From: Octopus sinensis
Lineage: Eukaryota
DNA length: 64,000 nucleotides
Direction: 5' to 3'
NCBI RefSeq assembly: GCF_006345805.1
Contig: NC_042997.1
Span: forward strand, 177,320,001-177,384,000
The position numbers were made by a program, and so were the translations under genes. This document shows positions 39,091-52,064 of this stretch, in pieces. The notes below the pieces were generated by a model, which had not been told where the DNA came from, did no database searches, and saw only the letters and a program-made list of their open reading frames with translations. Numbering within the stretch: the first letter of the stretch is position 1; each line of letters opens with the position of its first letter.

Positions 39091-40618
39091 GGTCGTTAAA
39101 TATTGACTCCATAGAATGCAACACAGATATTTCTTTTATAACGTTATTATGCCTGTTTTTAAACAAAGGCATCATGTCAACGCCTTTCATTGTTTTGTAA
39201 AATAAATGTTATGGAGATAAAAATAAATAATGGATTCTTACTCCCGCTGTGGCTATAAAAAACACTGCCCGATTCTGAATTGCCGTAAAATCTGTATCAA
39301 AACTTTATATTGAAATTACCATGTATGTAGTTAATAGCTCCTATTTATTATTCATTACAGAAAAAACCCAAAAAAAAACAAGTATTCACATTTTTAATTG
39401 ATTGTTTCAACAACAGAATCGCAAAATAGCTATTTATTTTGAAGAGGCACTTGAGCCCCATAATTCAAAGAAAGAATACAGGTTATTGTTTCAGTAATTT
39501 TTTTTTCTCGCCGAAAATACTAATAGTTCCAATGAAACAAGATGCCTTCAACGAGAAATTGAAACAGGTGTGTAGATTCGGTTGGCCAGAACTGCGGCAT
39601 TCAACTGATGTTATAATAAACATTGGCAACAAGCTCTATAAATTTATTTAGCACAATATGATATAAACTTTAACGTTACTTCGTTTAGTATAATTATTTG
39701 CTATATAAATAAGATTTAGTTTGAATAATACAGGATGTTTAAGAAGCCCCAAAAGGTCTTCGAAGTCGATAAACACTGGCTACTATCAAAAAGCGTTCGA
39801 GACACATCACGTTCTGGGACGGTCGATGACTTTAATTTTTGGGAGTCCAACAAATGGAAAGATATAACAGAGAATAAATTTAAAGTTAAGTATTTAAATT
39901 ATTTCTTTCTGAATTTTAGAACTTGTGTGTGTGTCATCTTTGTTTTTTAGATCTGTCACGTGAACAAAGACAGCGTATTTAGTTTCGTATCTTCCAAATG
40001 TCAGGAAATAACCTCTGTCTATTATTTTCTCATGCTTTCCTTTCTTTACAGTAAGGCTCCACAGGGTAAAATCAGTTTTGTAATCTTTTTCTGACGGAAT
40101 ATTAAAATAGCAACTGCCAGTGACGGGTGTAAACCGCTTCCATCCCACCAAAATCACCCTACTGAACTAATATTCTCCTGTTGCTAAATAGTAAACCATT
40201 ATAGGTCTAGCTTAAACAGTATACGATAAAAGATAAAATGGCGTAAAAGTTAACTCTCACACCGGGACATACGTGGTAGATTTAAAAGAAATACTTTTGT
40301 TATTATCGTCTAAAGTTCCTTGCACAGTTGACGAGAGATAACATTAGAAAAGAATTCCTCAGCCTAAAATGATTGTCATTTGTGATTTGGTAAGATGAAA
40401 TGACGCTAAACGGAAATAAAATAAGTGTCTTGCCTGCTGTTATAATTTAGTATTATGTACGACGGTCACAAATTAGTGAAAAAAGAAATGAACAAAAATA
40501 ACATCGCGCTTTTACTCTTCATTTATTTGAACCACTTGGTATGAAACAGCCGATGTATCTCATCTTAAATGCAACATGCATACAAACATATATACACATA
40601 TATATGTATATGTATATG

Positions 40619-40711
<93 letters not shown>

Positions 40712-41020
40712 TATATATATATAATATTTGTAATGGAAGTGTCCCAGCATCGCTTTAGTGTTAAGAGTGAAACCAGTAGTAAAAAAACAATACCATTTAA
40801 ATGTATGCACACACACATACATGGTTATATAATACACGCGCACTCGCATAGGCGTATAAAGCTTATAACTTCTGTATACTCAAATTTGGGATTGAATTAA
40901 GAATTATAAACCACAGAAACGGAATTTGAAACACGTATCTGCCGTTTATCGGGCGGTCGAATTATCAATTAAACCATATAGTGTTTGCTTAGTTATAACT
41001 AAAGTTTTAAAGCACACACA

Positions 41021-41105
<85 letters not shown>

Positions 41106-41998
41106 GCAGACATAAACACACTGATATATACACATATACTTACGCATGAAAATTAAAATAAACACGTGTAGACAAATACATGCAATATATGCATGTGATT
41201 ATATACAACTATGTATGTATACATATACAGAAAATATGTATAAGATGTATATACATATACGCATATATACATATATGTATACATACATACACTTACATAT
41301 ATGTGTATATATTAATTAATACACATGCACACACACACACATAAATTCTTTTATTTCAGTTATTGACTTTTGGCAATGCTGGGTCAAAGTCGTCTGTGGT
41401 ACTTCGATTACCAGTACTTTAGTCTATCGATTTCCGAAAAGTCGCATGTAAAGTAGACCTTGTTGGATGGAAGGTGGGGTGGGACACGCATTCAGAACGC
41501 AAAGGATGCAACCAAATCCAACAATGTATCTTTTCTGACACCCTTACAAAGACTCTACTCCGCCCACCTAGCATACATGCATGTGTGTGTGTGTGTACAC
41601 ACACATACACACCCTTTAAGTTCGTTTACGCGAAACGTTTTGAATATACATATAAAAGTTCCTACTCTATTATGCCGGCTACAGCCAAGTGATGCAAACT
41701 GCGATACCAGTCTTTTGGGGTCGCACCGACCTGTGCCGATATAATGTAGGATAAATATAGTAATAATAATAATAATAATAATAATCCTTGGATGGAATTT
41801 ATAAATATTTTAATGCATCGCTATGCGCGTTTCCACAAATCACATGTTTCTTAACATCATAGTCCGTATTCCCGGGATGATTACAATGCAGTCCGTAGTA
41901 TCCATGGACATCGGGTAGACCATGTTCATGTATTCATTTCTTCGCGCGTAGTGATGCATGAAAACATTTATTAATTCTATCCAAGGATGATTATATAT

Positions 41999-42076
<78 letters not shown>

Positions 42077-44362
42077 TGTATATATGTGTATATATATGTA
42101 TATATATGTATATGCATATATATGCATATGCATACACATATACGTGCGAGTGTGTCTGAGTGAATACATACATGAGAAAGCAATGTATGCGTGTTGTGGA
42201 AGTATGGATGCACGTAAGGATTTACAATCTGCGAAACCCAAAAGATGTCAGGACTTTTAAGAGACGCATTAGCATTGTACTGTGCAAGGCCATAGTAGAA
42301 CTAGCAAAAGCTTAGGAACCAAAGGTGAGGCCCGAAGCCTCATCATCTCTCATTTACTAAATAACTGCATGCAATAAAGACAGTTACTTTGAAATACCTA
42401 ATAATGAAGGTAATTAAACCCACATAGCCACAAACAAGCTGGAAAATTACAAAAAAGTCTGTGTGGGTATGTATATAAACACATACGTTCGCACACATAT
42501 TTCTACACACGAACATACATCTATATTTATACATATGTATACATACATATATCATATATATAAACATACGTACACACATATACATATACATGTCTATTTA
42601 TATGTATACCAATGTAAATGTACGTATGTATGTGTGCGCATGCTTTCTCACTCTGAAGAAGCGAAACGTGAAACATCAGTGTAATGTATTCTTTATTCTA
42701 TCATTCAGCTTGAATGTGTGCGTGTGTGTGGGTGTGTGTGTGTGTATACGCATGCTACACACGTATACATAACTCCATAGGGATATTCCTGAACTATTAT
42801 TGTTTTTATTATTATTATTAGCCTCGAAAGGACGAATCCGTGAAGTGTATACGTCATCCTCTCCGTTGGATCCGTTGAATGCGAGTGTTTGCAACCTTTT
42901 AGCTGTAAAAGTTTAACCCTTATTCTGCAGAGAGCGGTTAACTCTTTTAAGCAAATCATTATATCGCTCATGTTTTGGCACCAAAAATATTCTTCCCTGA
43001 ATGTAAGTCTTTTACAACACAAAACCTCATTCTCTGTCTTATCGTTCTGAGGAAAAACGATCTCCTTTCAAACGCTTTTAAACAGAATCATATTGTTTTA
43101 TTTTATACATATTGGCCCGTTCTGTTAAACGCGTATCTTACATTTGAGAGTTCATGTATGTAACTTAGGTTGAGATCTATACATTAAACCTTTACCTCAC
43201 AATTAGCAGAGAAAATAGCCCGACTCAAGCTTGATATTGTATTTAATATTTTAATATTTTGGAGAGAAAACAATGATCAATCAATTCGAATCTTTCAGTC
43301 ATTGCTGATATTTTTATTTATGGCCGATCTCGACACAATTTCTCATATATGCCATATTACCAATGGTTTCTTGGGCCTGGCTGGGTTCTAGTTTTATCGT
43401 TTGAAGTAGATAATAGATTCGTCGTAGTTTGTTTTAAATAGGATGCCATTATATAGTTGGCAATAGTCTCATAAGATTCTGGCACGTATCCGCAACAAAG
43501 AGATGAACTGAATCAATGCAACCCCCGTAAAAAAAGAAACATATACAAAACATGAAGATAATGGACACACCATTAGTAAACTTAAAGTCATAACACATAA
43601 CTATGTAAGACAATAATTGTAAAGTATCTTATCAGCATGGCCATCATCACACTTGTCAAATAATGAACAAAATTGACCAAATATCAATTGTCATATAAGG
43701 ACTTAATGTGGGGTCAATGTAAGATATATTAATATTTAGTCCATTGTAATATATTTGTTATGTTTCCATAAGGATTTAGAAGATAATGAAACATTGCGAA
43801 TTACATGAAAGCATTTTATCTGTAGTACACAGCAAATATATACAAACACACAACTCCACCTCCACACATGCACAGAGGCACTCTCATATATTCACATTCA
43901 CATACGGCCACGCATATATATATATATATAAATATATAATATATATATATATATTATATATATATATATATATAACACATGCACAATACAAACACTTATA
44001 TCTGTATATGCGTATATGTATATAATAATTTTATTTTCATACACATGATTATATATATATATATATGCATGTGCGTTCAGATGTAAACATACCCACATAC
44101 ATAAGTAGAAGTATATATACGTAGATATTATTTCTAAGTATAGATATTTTTTATAAACAAATTTATATATATTTGTATACACATATATATTAATATATAT
44201 GCGTATATATGAATATGTATAAGTACGTATGTATGTATGTACGTATGTATATGTACGTATGTATATGTATATATATATTATATAATATATATATAATATA
44301 TATATATATAACACGTATATATACATATACGTAGATACGCACACACACGCACACACACATAC

Positions 44363-44672
44363 TTGTTAAAAAGAAAACGAACGCCAAGACAAGGAATCTC
44401 AAGTCATACATTTTATTGATTATTAAAAATTAAGCAATTTTTAATTTCTTAAATATATTTTTTCATTTTTCTCTTTTTCCTACATCTCTCCATCGTTTCC
44501 GTAATCTATAGCCTCTCACTTTCTCACCATCTGTCTCCGATGATGGGATATTTCACAAGTTTTAGGGATATCCCTGAAACAGCTGTTAGACTTTAAAAAA
44601 TTGCTGAATAATTTTAATAATAACATACATGACTTGAGATGTCTTGCTTGGTGTTTGCTTTCCTTTTAAGCA
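44363..44672. repeat. Inverted repeat (arms about 80 bp) enclosing a hammerhead-like motif; Penelope-like
   Basis: 44363-44442 pairs imperfectly with 44595-44672 (CCAAG..ATCTCAAGTCAT..GCAATTTTT). Confidence 0.75.
44533..44591 (+). ncRNA. Degenerate type I hammerhead-ribozyme-like motif
   Basis: GTCT-CCGATGA-T-GGGATAT..ATATCCC-T-GAAA-CAGCTG-T-T-AGAC. Stem I is GTCT/AGAC, stem II has 7 bp, and stem III is the palindromic ACAGCTGT. The core has U4>C and a U.U first pair in stem II. Confidence 0.5.
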
Positions 44673-45187
44673 AATTTATATCTGCTGTATCGGAAATCTA
44701 CAATAGTTCCATAGTTCCATAACTCCTGCTTCGGTTACAATCTTGGAACCCTGGAAATCCGTAACAGCACTTACCCAGCATACCTACCCGTTTAGATCAC
44801 CTGTGGAACTAAGCCCCTATATTTTATATATATGCATATATATATATATGTACAAGTGTTACGGATTGGAGTATGGGGAATCTGGGCTACATATGTTTCA
44901 TAGCGAGTGGAACCTCAGAAATGGTCACATCCAATTGAAGTGTATACCGCTGGTTACTCTTCTCGATTCAATATATATATTATATATATATATATAATAT
45001 ATATATATAATATATATACCATATATACACACATAACACACACACCCACACTCACACACACATACACACTTATATATACATATATATACTGATGTAGACT
45101 GGAGAATGATAATCTACGTGAAGCTTTAAGATTAACAGTAGCTGTTGTACATCTATTTGTACATATAAAGTACATTACACTTGTATA

Positions 45188-45253
<66 letters not shown>

Positions 45254-45858
45254 ATAATATAATAAACGTACATATACACACATATACACTATATATATAC
45301 ATACACATATATTGCATATATACGCACACATGAGCATAAACTTCACTATATTTGCAAATAACTCCCAGACCAGCGATTCACTTCGTTTCGGGATGATTCA
45401 AGTACATGCTATTAATAAACCATAGTAATGGTGAAATATCGGTATGTACCATTCCCTGTCATCCGAGGCGAGTTGTCATACCTGGTCTGGGACATTCGGC
45501 GTTGCGTAGTGTCCTCGCTGGTCCTATACCGCAACAAATGGGTGTATAAACAAAAGACATGAATATACGGACCGATAATATACATATATGCGCGTGTATA
45601 CACTCACGCACGCACACACACACACACACAACACACACACCACACACACACACACACACACTCACTCACTCACATATGTATGTCTGTATGAACATACACA
45701 CGCAAGCACTGATATACCTGTGTACGTCTATTGTTATGTCGCTGTAAACATGCAATTCAGTTTGGATGTGTTATACAGATACATATATATATATATATAC
45801 GAATATGTACGCATATTTACATTTATATATATATATATATGGACATTAAATATATATA

Positions 45859-45890
<32 letters not shown>

Positions 45891-46313
45891 GCATATGCAT
45901 ACATGCGTACATGCGTATACAGATACATACGTACTTATACATACCTACAAGTGGAAGATAAATTTCCAAGTTAAGTAGGGTATATCGATCTTTCAAATTA
46001 CCGAATTACATACGACTAGACACAAACTATTGATTTCTATTATTTTTAGCGATTTACATATATAGTACGCAAACCAACTTCTTTCCTGCAATTTTACATT
46101 GGTGGAAATAACCTGTAAAGAAAATCTGTTCCGTCAATCAGCCCTGTCATAGCAATGTCCAAGAACAAAGAAATGAAACTCTGAATGATGAATTGCTTGC
46201 CGTAAGCTGGAACAATAATCCCACACATTAAATATTTACACGACTGGTGTATTGAAGTCCTTTATTTGTTTGCTGAAAGAATCAGTGTTTCTGTAATCCC
46301 ACTCTCAAATACA

Positions 46314-46359
<46 letters not shown>

Positions 46360-46454
46360 ATATATAAAATTAGTGTATATTTAGACACTAAAGAGGTGAG
46401 TCTTAACAGTCGCCTTATGTCAGTGTGTATATATATATATATATACATACTTAC

Positions 46455-46505
<51 letters not shown>

Positions 46506-46662
46506 TTGTGAGATTGTATTTGCAAATATTTCAATATGTATAGTTACAGAGTAACTTTACTGACGTAATAAAGATACCTGGGTACATGTACTGGAGGTAC
46601 CCCCGAAATATATATGCTGTATCTGTGTGTGCGAATACATATATACATATGTGCGCGCACAC

Positions 46663-46728
<66 letters not shown>

Positions 46729-47410
46729 TATATATTATATGATGAGAATAAGCCACTTTTTATATCATTCCCAAAACAGCAAACTTTAGATGTAAATTCA
46801 AAAGAAGGAATAATGGAGGTATATTAATTCAGCACCGTTTGACTACCAAACCGTCAAAACTGTAAACTAGTGGATAACGCCCACAGACCCAAGTATAAAT
46901 AACGGTTCCTCTTCCACAAATATTATACTTTTTAGAAGAGTTCATCTCAAAGCTTATATTTCTTTCTTATATTTTTCGGCAAGAAGTAAAGATTTGCAGC
47001 ATTATCAAGTAAATATGGCCGAAACAGCTCAGTGAATAAGTGAAGCATTCCGCTGAACTTTCGTTCCGTTTCTTTGTTCACGTTTCATGGTTTCCCTATA
47101 ATATGTTCCCATCTTTCAAAGACCTTTTAACAGTTACCATTGAGTTTTCAGTTTGCTAATATTTTCTTGTGTGTGTGTGTGTGTGTGTGTGTGTCTGTGT
47201 GTATGTATGTTTGGACATTTGTATATATAGATATATCTATTGTTCTCAAGAAGAAAAAAAATAGTACGAATATACCTGCACAATCGAATATGCGTATGTT
47301 TGTAAAGAATTCTTCAAGATGCTACATTCATCTGTATTCAACTAAAAGTAAATGTTTACTCGAAAATATATAACGAAGAGATTTAAAAAATTACACACAT
47401 ACACACACGC

Positions 47411-47445
<35 letters not shown>

Positions 47446-47492
47446 CACATACACGCACACACACGCACACACAGAGACTCTTTCTCTGTCTG

Positions 47493-47524
<32 letters not shown>

Positions 47525-47589
47525 TTATACACATTCATACACTCATGCAGTCTTGAATTATAATAGTTTATACAGATCAATGCAATATT

Positions 47590-47625
<36 letters not shown>

Positions 47626-48029
47626 CATACATACATATATATGTATATATATATATATATATACGCATACATATATGTATATATATATATATATATATAT
47701 ACGCATCTATATGCGTATACTTATACATATATGATAATACATACGTATATATATTATATATACATACATACATATATATATATATATAGTTTTCTGTGCG
47801 CCTGATATGAATAGACAGCTGAACAAAACGATAGGAACCTTCCCAAGATAGAGAAATAGATAGAGTAGCAGAAATAGTTAAGTAAGTAGAGGAATAAAAA
47901 TAGTATACAACAAATAATAGAACATTAGCTTGTACATGACACATGTATAACCGTGTGTGTATATATAAAATATATATGATTATATATGTATATATATATA
48001 TATATAATATATATGTATATATATAATTA

Positions 48030-48105
<76 letters not shown>

Positions 48106-48137
48106 CATATATATATATACATATATAATATATATAC

Positions 48138-48169
<32 letters not shown>

Positions 48170-48241
48170 GCATGTATATATATTTCTATACACATGTATG
48201 CGTCTCTGTACAAGTACATATATGTTATACTTATGTATGTA

Positions 48242-48285
<44 letters not shown>

Positions 48286-48305
48286 GATAAAACCCACATA
48301 CACAC

Positions 48306-48367
<62 letters not shown>

Positions 48368-48567
48368 AGATAAATAGATAGATAAATATAGACATACAGA
48401 GAGTTTGATCGATAGATATGAGAGATAGAGAAAAATAAATAAATAGAAGAATGGAGAATGAAACAAAGATGAAGAGAAAGAATAGACAGACAGATATTTA
48501 GACAGACAAACAGATAAATAGAAAGATAGGTAGAAAGAAATAAACTCATAGATTAACAGATAAACGA

Positions 48568-48608
<41 letters not shown>

Positions 48609-49012
48609 AAGGTAGAGAAGGAGAAGAGGATAAAAAGAGAGAAAGAAAAAGAAAGAATGAAAGAGAGAGGCTAATAGTTACAAAAAAGAGAAGAGAGATA
48701 TAGAGGTTGAAAGAGGAAATGGAAGGTTTTAGAGAAATGTTTGTCTTGAGATTATTAGTTAAGGGAAATAAAATAGAAATCCGTGTTTATATATTGGCAA
48801 ATAGGAATCAGTGTTCAACAAGATTTCTCTTTCTGAAGAGATAACATGTTTTAAATTGGTCAGTTAAAAAGAAATTATAATAGACTAAATTTAGTATATG
48901 CATCACATTCGTGTTGGGTTGTGTCTTAAGTTTTCATTGTATTTAGTTGTTTGTTGTTTTGTGTGACTCATAATTTTGCGGTCATCATCAAATGCTGACA
49001 TAGATTATTCAC

Positions 49013-49097
<85 letters not shown>

Positions 49098-49491
49098 GCA
49101 TCGTTATTATGGTAGCAGTAATTATGTCATGATGATGACGATCATCGTGAGATGCTTCTTATAATTATTATCATTTTAAATTATTAATGATTATCCGAAA
49201 CGTCAGATTTGCGTGCAAACATTGTTGTTTAAATAGTATTAATAAACCAGAAATATAAAATGAGTGTGTTGTAGCTAACGCCATTTAACAGTGGAATATT
49301 GGTCCATAAAAATAATAACAAATCACGTTAACATTTTAAAGAGTAACGTAATATAAAAGAAAAAAAAATGTTAGCAATGGCTCCAATTTGATATAATATT
49401 TTGAAGCAGAATAATCTCGATATCAGCATTTTTTAAATGACAGTGTATATTTCCTCTTTTTATTATTATTATTATTTTTTTCTCTTAATAT

Positions 49492-50946
49492 TCAAGATTT
49501 GTTAATTTGTAATTGTTTGTTCACACCCATTATGTGTACTTCGAGAGAAGATAGTCGTGTCTGTATTACTCTCTGTTCATCTTTGATAGATTTCACTAAG
49601 TTATAGATTTCATTGACACTGTTGGCCACCTCGATAATGCCGACTGTATTTTCTCTTACCATACTGCTAACTTCTTTGGCGCTTCGCATGATCGCAGTGG
49701 CATCAATTAGTTTCCGCCTATGGTGCATAATCTGTGCGTTGGATTCTGGCAAGCCCGCTCTTTTCAACCGCCATATCATGAGTGCTTGCTTCAATACGTC
49801 TGAGGCTGCATTTTTGTGTCGTTGATCGAGGCGCATGCGCCGTAGAAATGTGTGTACATATTTTTCCGGCCGAGTCTGTTCTAATTTTCGTGCCAGGACG
49901 GCAACGCAAAGAGCTGTGATACCAACCCCCATGAGCCCGGTCCATATTGCAATGAACCGGCCACAACGACTGCTTGGTGTTAAGTCACCGTAACCCAACG
50001 TGAGGAAAGTGACTGCTGTTAGCCACATCGCCTGTGATATTGTATGTGTATCGCTGCCAGGCGCTGAATGGGTTTCACAAGCACGCATTGTCCAAGAACC
50101 AATCAAAAATACACTGACCATTATAATTCCCAATACGCCACCGGGACAGGTGGACATGAGGGCTCGAAATACAAACTGTGCATTGATATTGACCCTGCTG
50201 AGAGTTCCCAGACTCTGCACTGCACTGTCAATTAGCACGTTACTATGAACTACCATGAAGCGAGCAATTAAATATAGTCTCATGAACATCAGGATGGACA
50301 GGACGGCTGCCAGTGGATCTTCAACAATATGAGATGCTCTAGTAGCTTTCTCAGGAGCCTTCAACTCCAACGTACCGATATGAATAGGTAGCGGATGTAC
50401 ACAACATATTAATATTTCAATAAGGAGTTTTAACACGAACCCCTTGCTGACGGCAAGTCTCCAGGAACGAAGACCGAGTTCGACCATACGCAGCTGCATG
50501 TCCACCATGTAGTACATGCAGACAACGAAAAGAAGGACTACAGTACTAATGGATACCATCAGTTTTAGCCACTGAGAGGGTAAAGAGTCAATAGTGTAAT
50601 AGCTCTGGAAGTACAGCTCAGTGTCGACCACCATGATCAGAATACCTATCAGAGCTAGACCAACCTCCAAATCAACAATCCAACGTTTCTTTTCAATTAA
50701 TAGTTTTCGTTCTCGAAGTCGAAACCCGAGGTTGGCAAAACTCTTCCCGCCAGCACCCATGGCGCTACGTCCGCCAGCGCAATGAGCCAATGAGTTATCG
50801 CTGTTAGTTGGTATGATGTCAGATGGCGAATCCAACTCATCGTCTAATGTTGTCGTGTTAATGGCTCGAATATCCATTGGATGATCGTCGGTGTAGCGCG
50901 GATATTCCTCTTCACATTTGACAAGCGGGGATGTCATGTCTTCCAT
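49492..50946 (-). CDS. KCNN: Divergent small/intermediate-conductance calcium-activated potassium channel (SK/KCNN family), 484 aa, single coding exon
   Basis: Uninterrupted ORF with SK hallmarks: LGFRLRERKLLIEKKR, GILIMVVDTEL (S1), EILICCVHPLP (S3), LSILMFMRLYLIARFMVVHS (S4), TCPG..WTMRACE (S5), MWLTAVTFLTLGYGD (pore), TGLMGVGITALCVAVLARKLE (S6), EKYVH..KNAA..RKL..RSAK (CaM-binding region) and a C-terminal coiled coil. First ATG at 50946. The exact ortholog is not established. Confidence 0.95.
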   Translation of the reverse strand: MEDMTSPLVKCEEEYPRYTDDHPMDIRAINTTTLDDELDSPSDIIPTNSDNSLAHCAGGRSAMGAGGKSFANLGFRLRERKLLIEKKRWIVDLEVGLALIGILIMVVDTELYFQSYYTIDSLPSQWLKLMVSISTVVLLFVVCMYYMVDMQLRMVELGLRSWRLAVSKGFVLKLLIEILICCVHPLPIHIGTLELKAPEKATRASHIVEDPLAAVLSILMFMRLYLIARFMVVHSNVLIDSAVQSLGTLSRVNINAQFVFRALMSTCPGGVLGIIMVSVFLIGSWTMRACETHSAPGSDTHTISQAMWLTAVTFLTLGYGDLTPSSRCGRFIAIWTGLMGVGITALCVAVLARKLEQTRPEKYVHTFLRRMRLDQRHKNAASDVLKQALMIWRLKRAGLPESNAQIMHHRRKLIDATAIMRSAKEVSSMVRENTVGIIEVANSVNEIYNLVKSIKDEQRVIQTRLSSLEVHIMGVNKQLQINKS

Positions 50947-50970
50947 CTTGGTGCAGCCTTGATTCCACAC

Positions 50971-51000
50971 CTGTTGAAAAATAGAAATAAAGATTACTGT
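50971..51000 (-). promoter_or_regulatory. 3' splice acceptor upstream of the SK coding exon
   Basis: The minus strand reads ACAGTAATCTTTATTTCTATTTTTCAACAG|GTGTGG. The exon starts at 50970, so at least one upstream exon exists that I could not locate. Confidence 0.8.
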
Positions 51001-51044
51001 TAAAGAGTTATAAATACAACAGAATGGTTAAATATTGGCTATAT

Positions 51045-51445
51045 ATTCTTTTATACTCTAGGCACAAAACCCAAAATTTTGGGGGAGGGGGCCAGTGGAT
51101 TATGCCGACCCCAGTACGTAACTGGTACTTAATTTATCGACCCCGAAAGGATGAAAGGTAAAGTCGACCTCGGCGGAATTTGAACTCAGAACGTGAAGAC
51201 AGACGAAATACCTATTTCTTTTCCACCCACAAGGGGCTAAACACAGAGAGGACAAACAAGGACAGACAAACGGAACAAGTCGATTATATCGACTCCAGTG
51301 CGTAACTGGTACTTATTTAATCGACCCCGAAAGGATGAAAGGCAAAGTCGACCTCGGCGGAATTTGAACTCAGAACGTAACGGCAGACGAAATACGGCAA
51401 AGCATCTCGGCCGGCGTGCTAACGTTTCTGCCAGCTCGCCGCCTT
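51045..51445 (-). mobile_element. SINE A1/A2 dimer in the intron upstream of the SK exon
   Basis: A1 unit joined to an A2-tailed unit at AAAGAAATA|GGTATTTCGTCTG (51212/51213). Confidence 0.9.
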
Positions 51446-51649
51446 ATACAGGCTAAATATTGGTTTAGTTTAGTTACTTTTTATTAAGTACAAACACCTT
51501 ATTCAGGCATACCTCAACTTACATTGCTTCGAGTTAAGTGTTTTTCGACGTTACGTCGTTTTTTTAAAGGATATTAATGGGAACGATAAACCTCAGCTTA
51601 TTTGATATATCCGATTTACGTCGGTTTCATCGAACATATTGAAAAGTGT

Positions 51650-52064
51650 TACTCTTTACTCTTTTACTCTTTTACTTGTTTCAGTCATTTGACTGCGGCC
51701 ATGCTGGAGCACCGCCTTTAGTCGAGCAAATCGACCCCGGGACTTATTCTTTGTAAGCCCAGTACTTATTCTATCGGTCTCTTTTGCCGAACCGCTAAGT
51801 GACGGGGACGTAAACACACCAGCATCGGTTGTCAAGCAATGCTAGGGGGACAAACACAGACACACAAACACACACATACATATACATATATATACATATA
51901 TACGACAGGCTTCTTTCAGTTTCCGTCTACCAAATCCACTCACAAGGCTTTGGTCGGCCCGAGGCTATAGTAGAAGACACTTGCCCAAGGGTCCACGCAG
52001 TGGGACTGAACCCGGAATCATGCGGTTGGTAAACAAGCTACTTACCACACAGCCACTACTGCGC
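51650..52064 (-). mobile_element. Full-length SINE B
   Basis: Near-identical to 14324-14756, with several AAAGAGT tail units. Confidence 0.93.

Noticed and set aside
47558-48549. Long ORFs rich in YI/IY, CV/VC or TH/HT (also 18997-19467, 25243-25683, 26396-26935, 57601-58317 and many more)
   Set aside because: They are translations of (TA)n, (TG)n, (CA)n and (GATA)n repeats, which lack stop codons in some frames.
49459-49464. AATAAA on the minus strand about 28 nt after the SK stop codon
   Set aside because: It lies in an (AAT)-like tract where the hexamer arises by chance, so it cannot be called a poly(A) signal without transcript data.
50947-50970. ORF-track start at GTG 50970 (MWNQGCTK)
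   Set aside because: The GTG is the first three bases after a splice acceptor. The first ATG is at 50946, although a coding upstream exon cannot be excluded.
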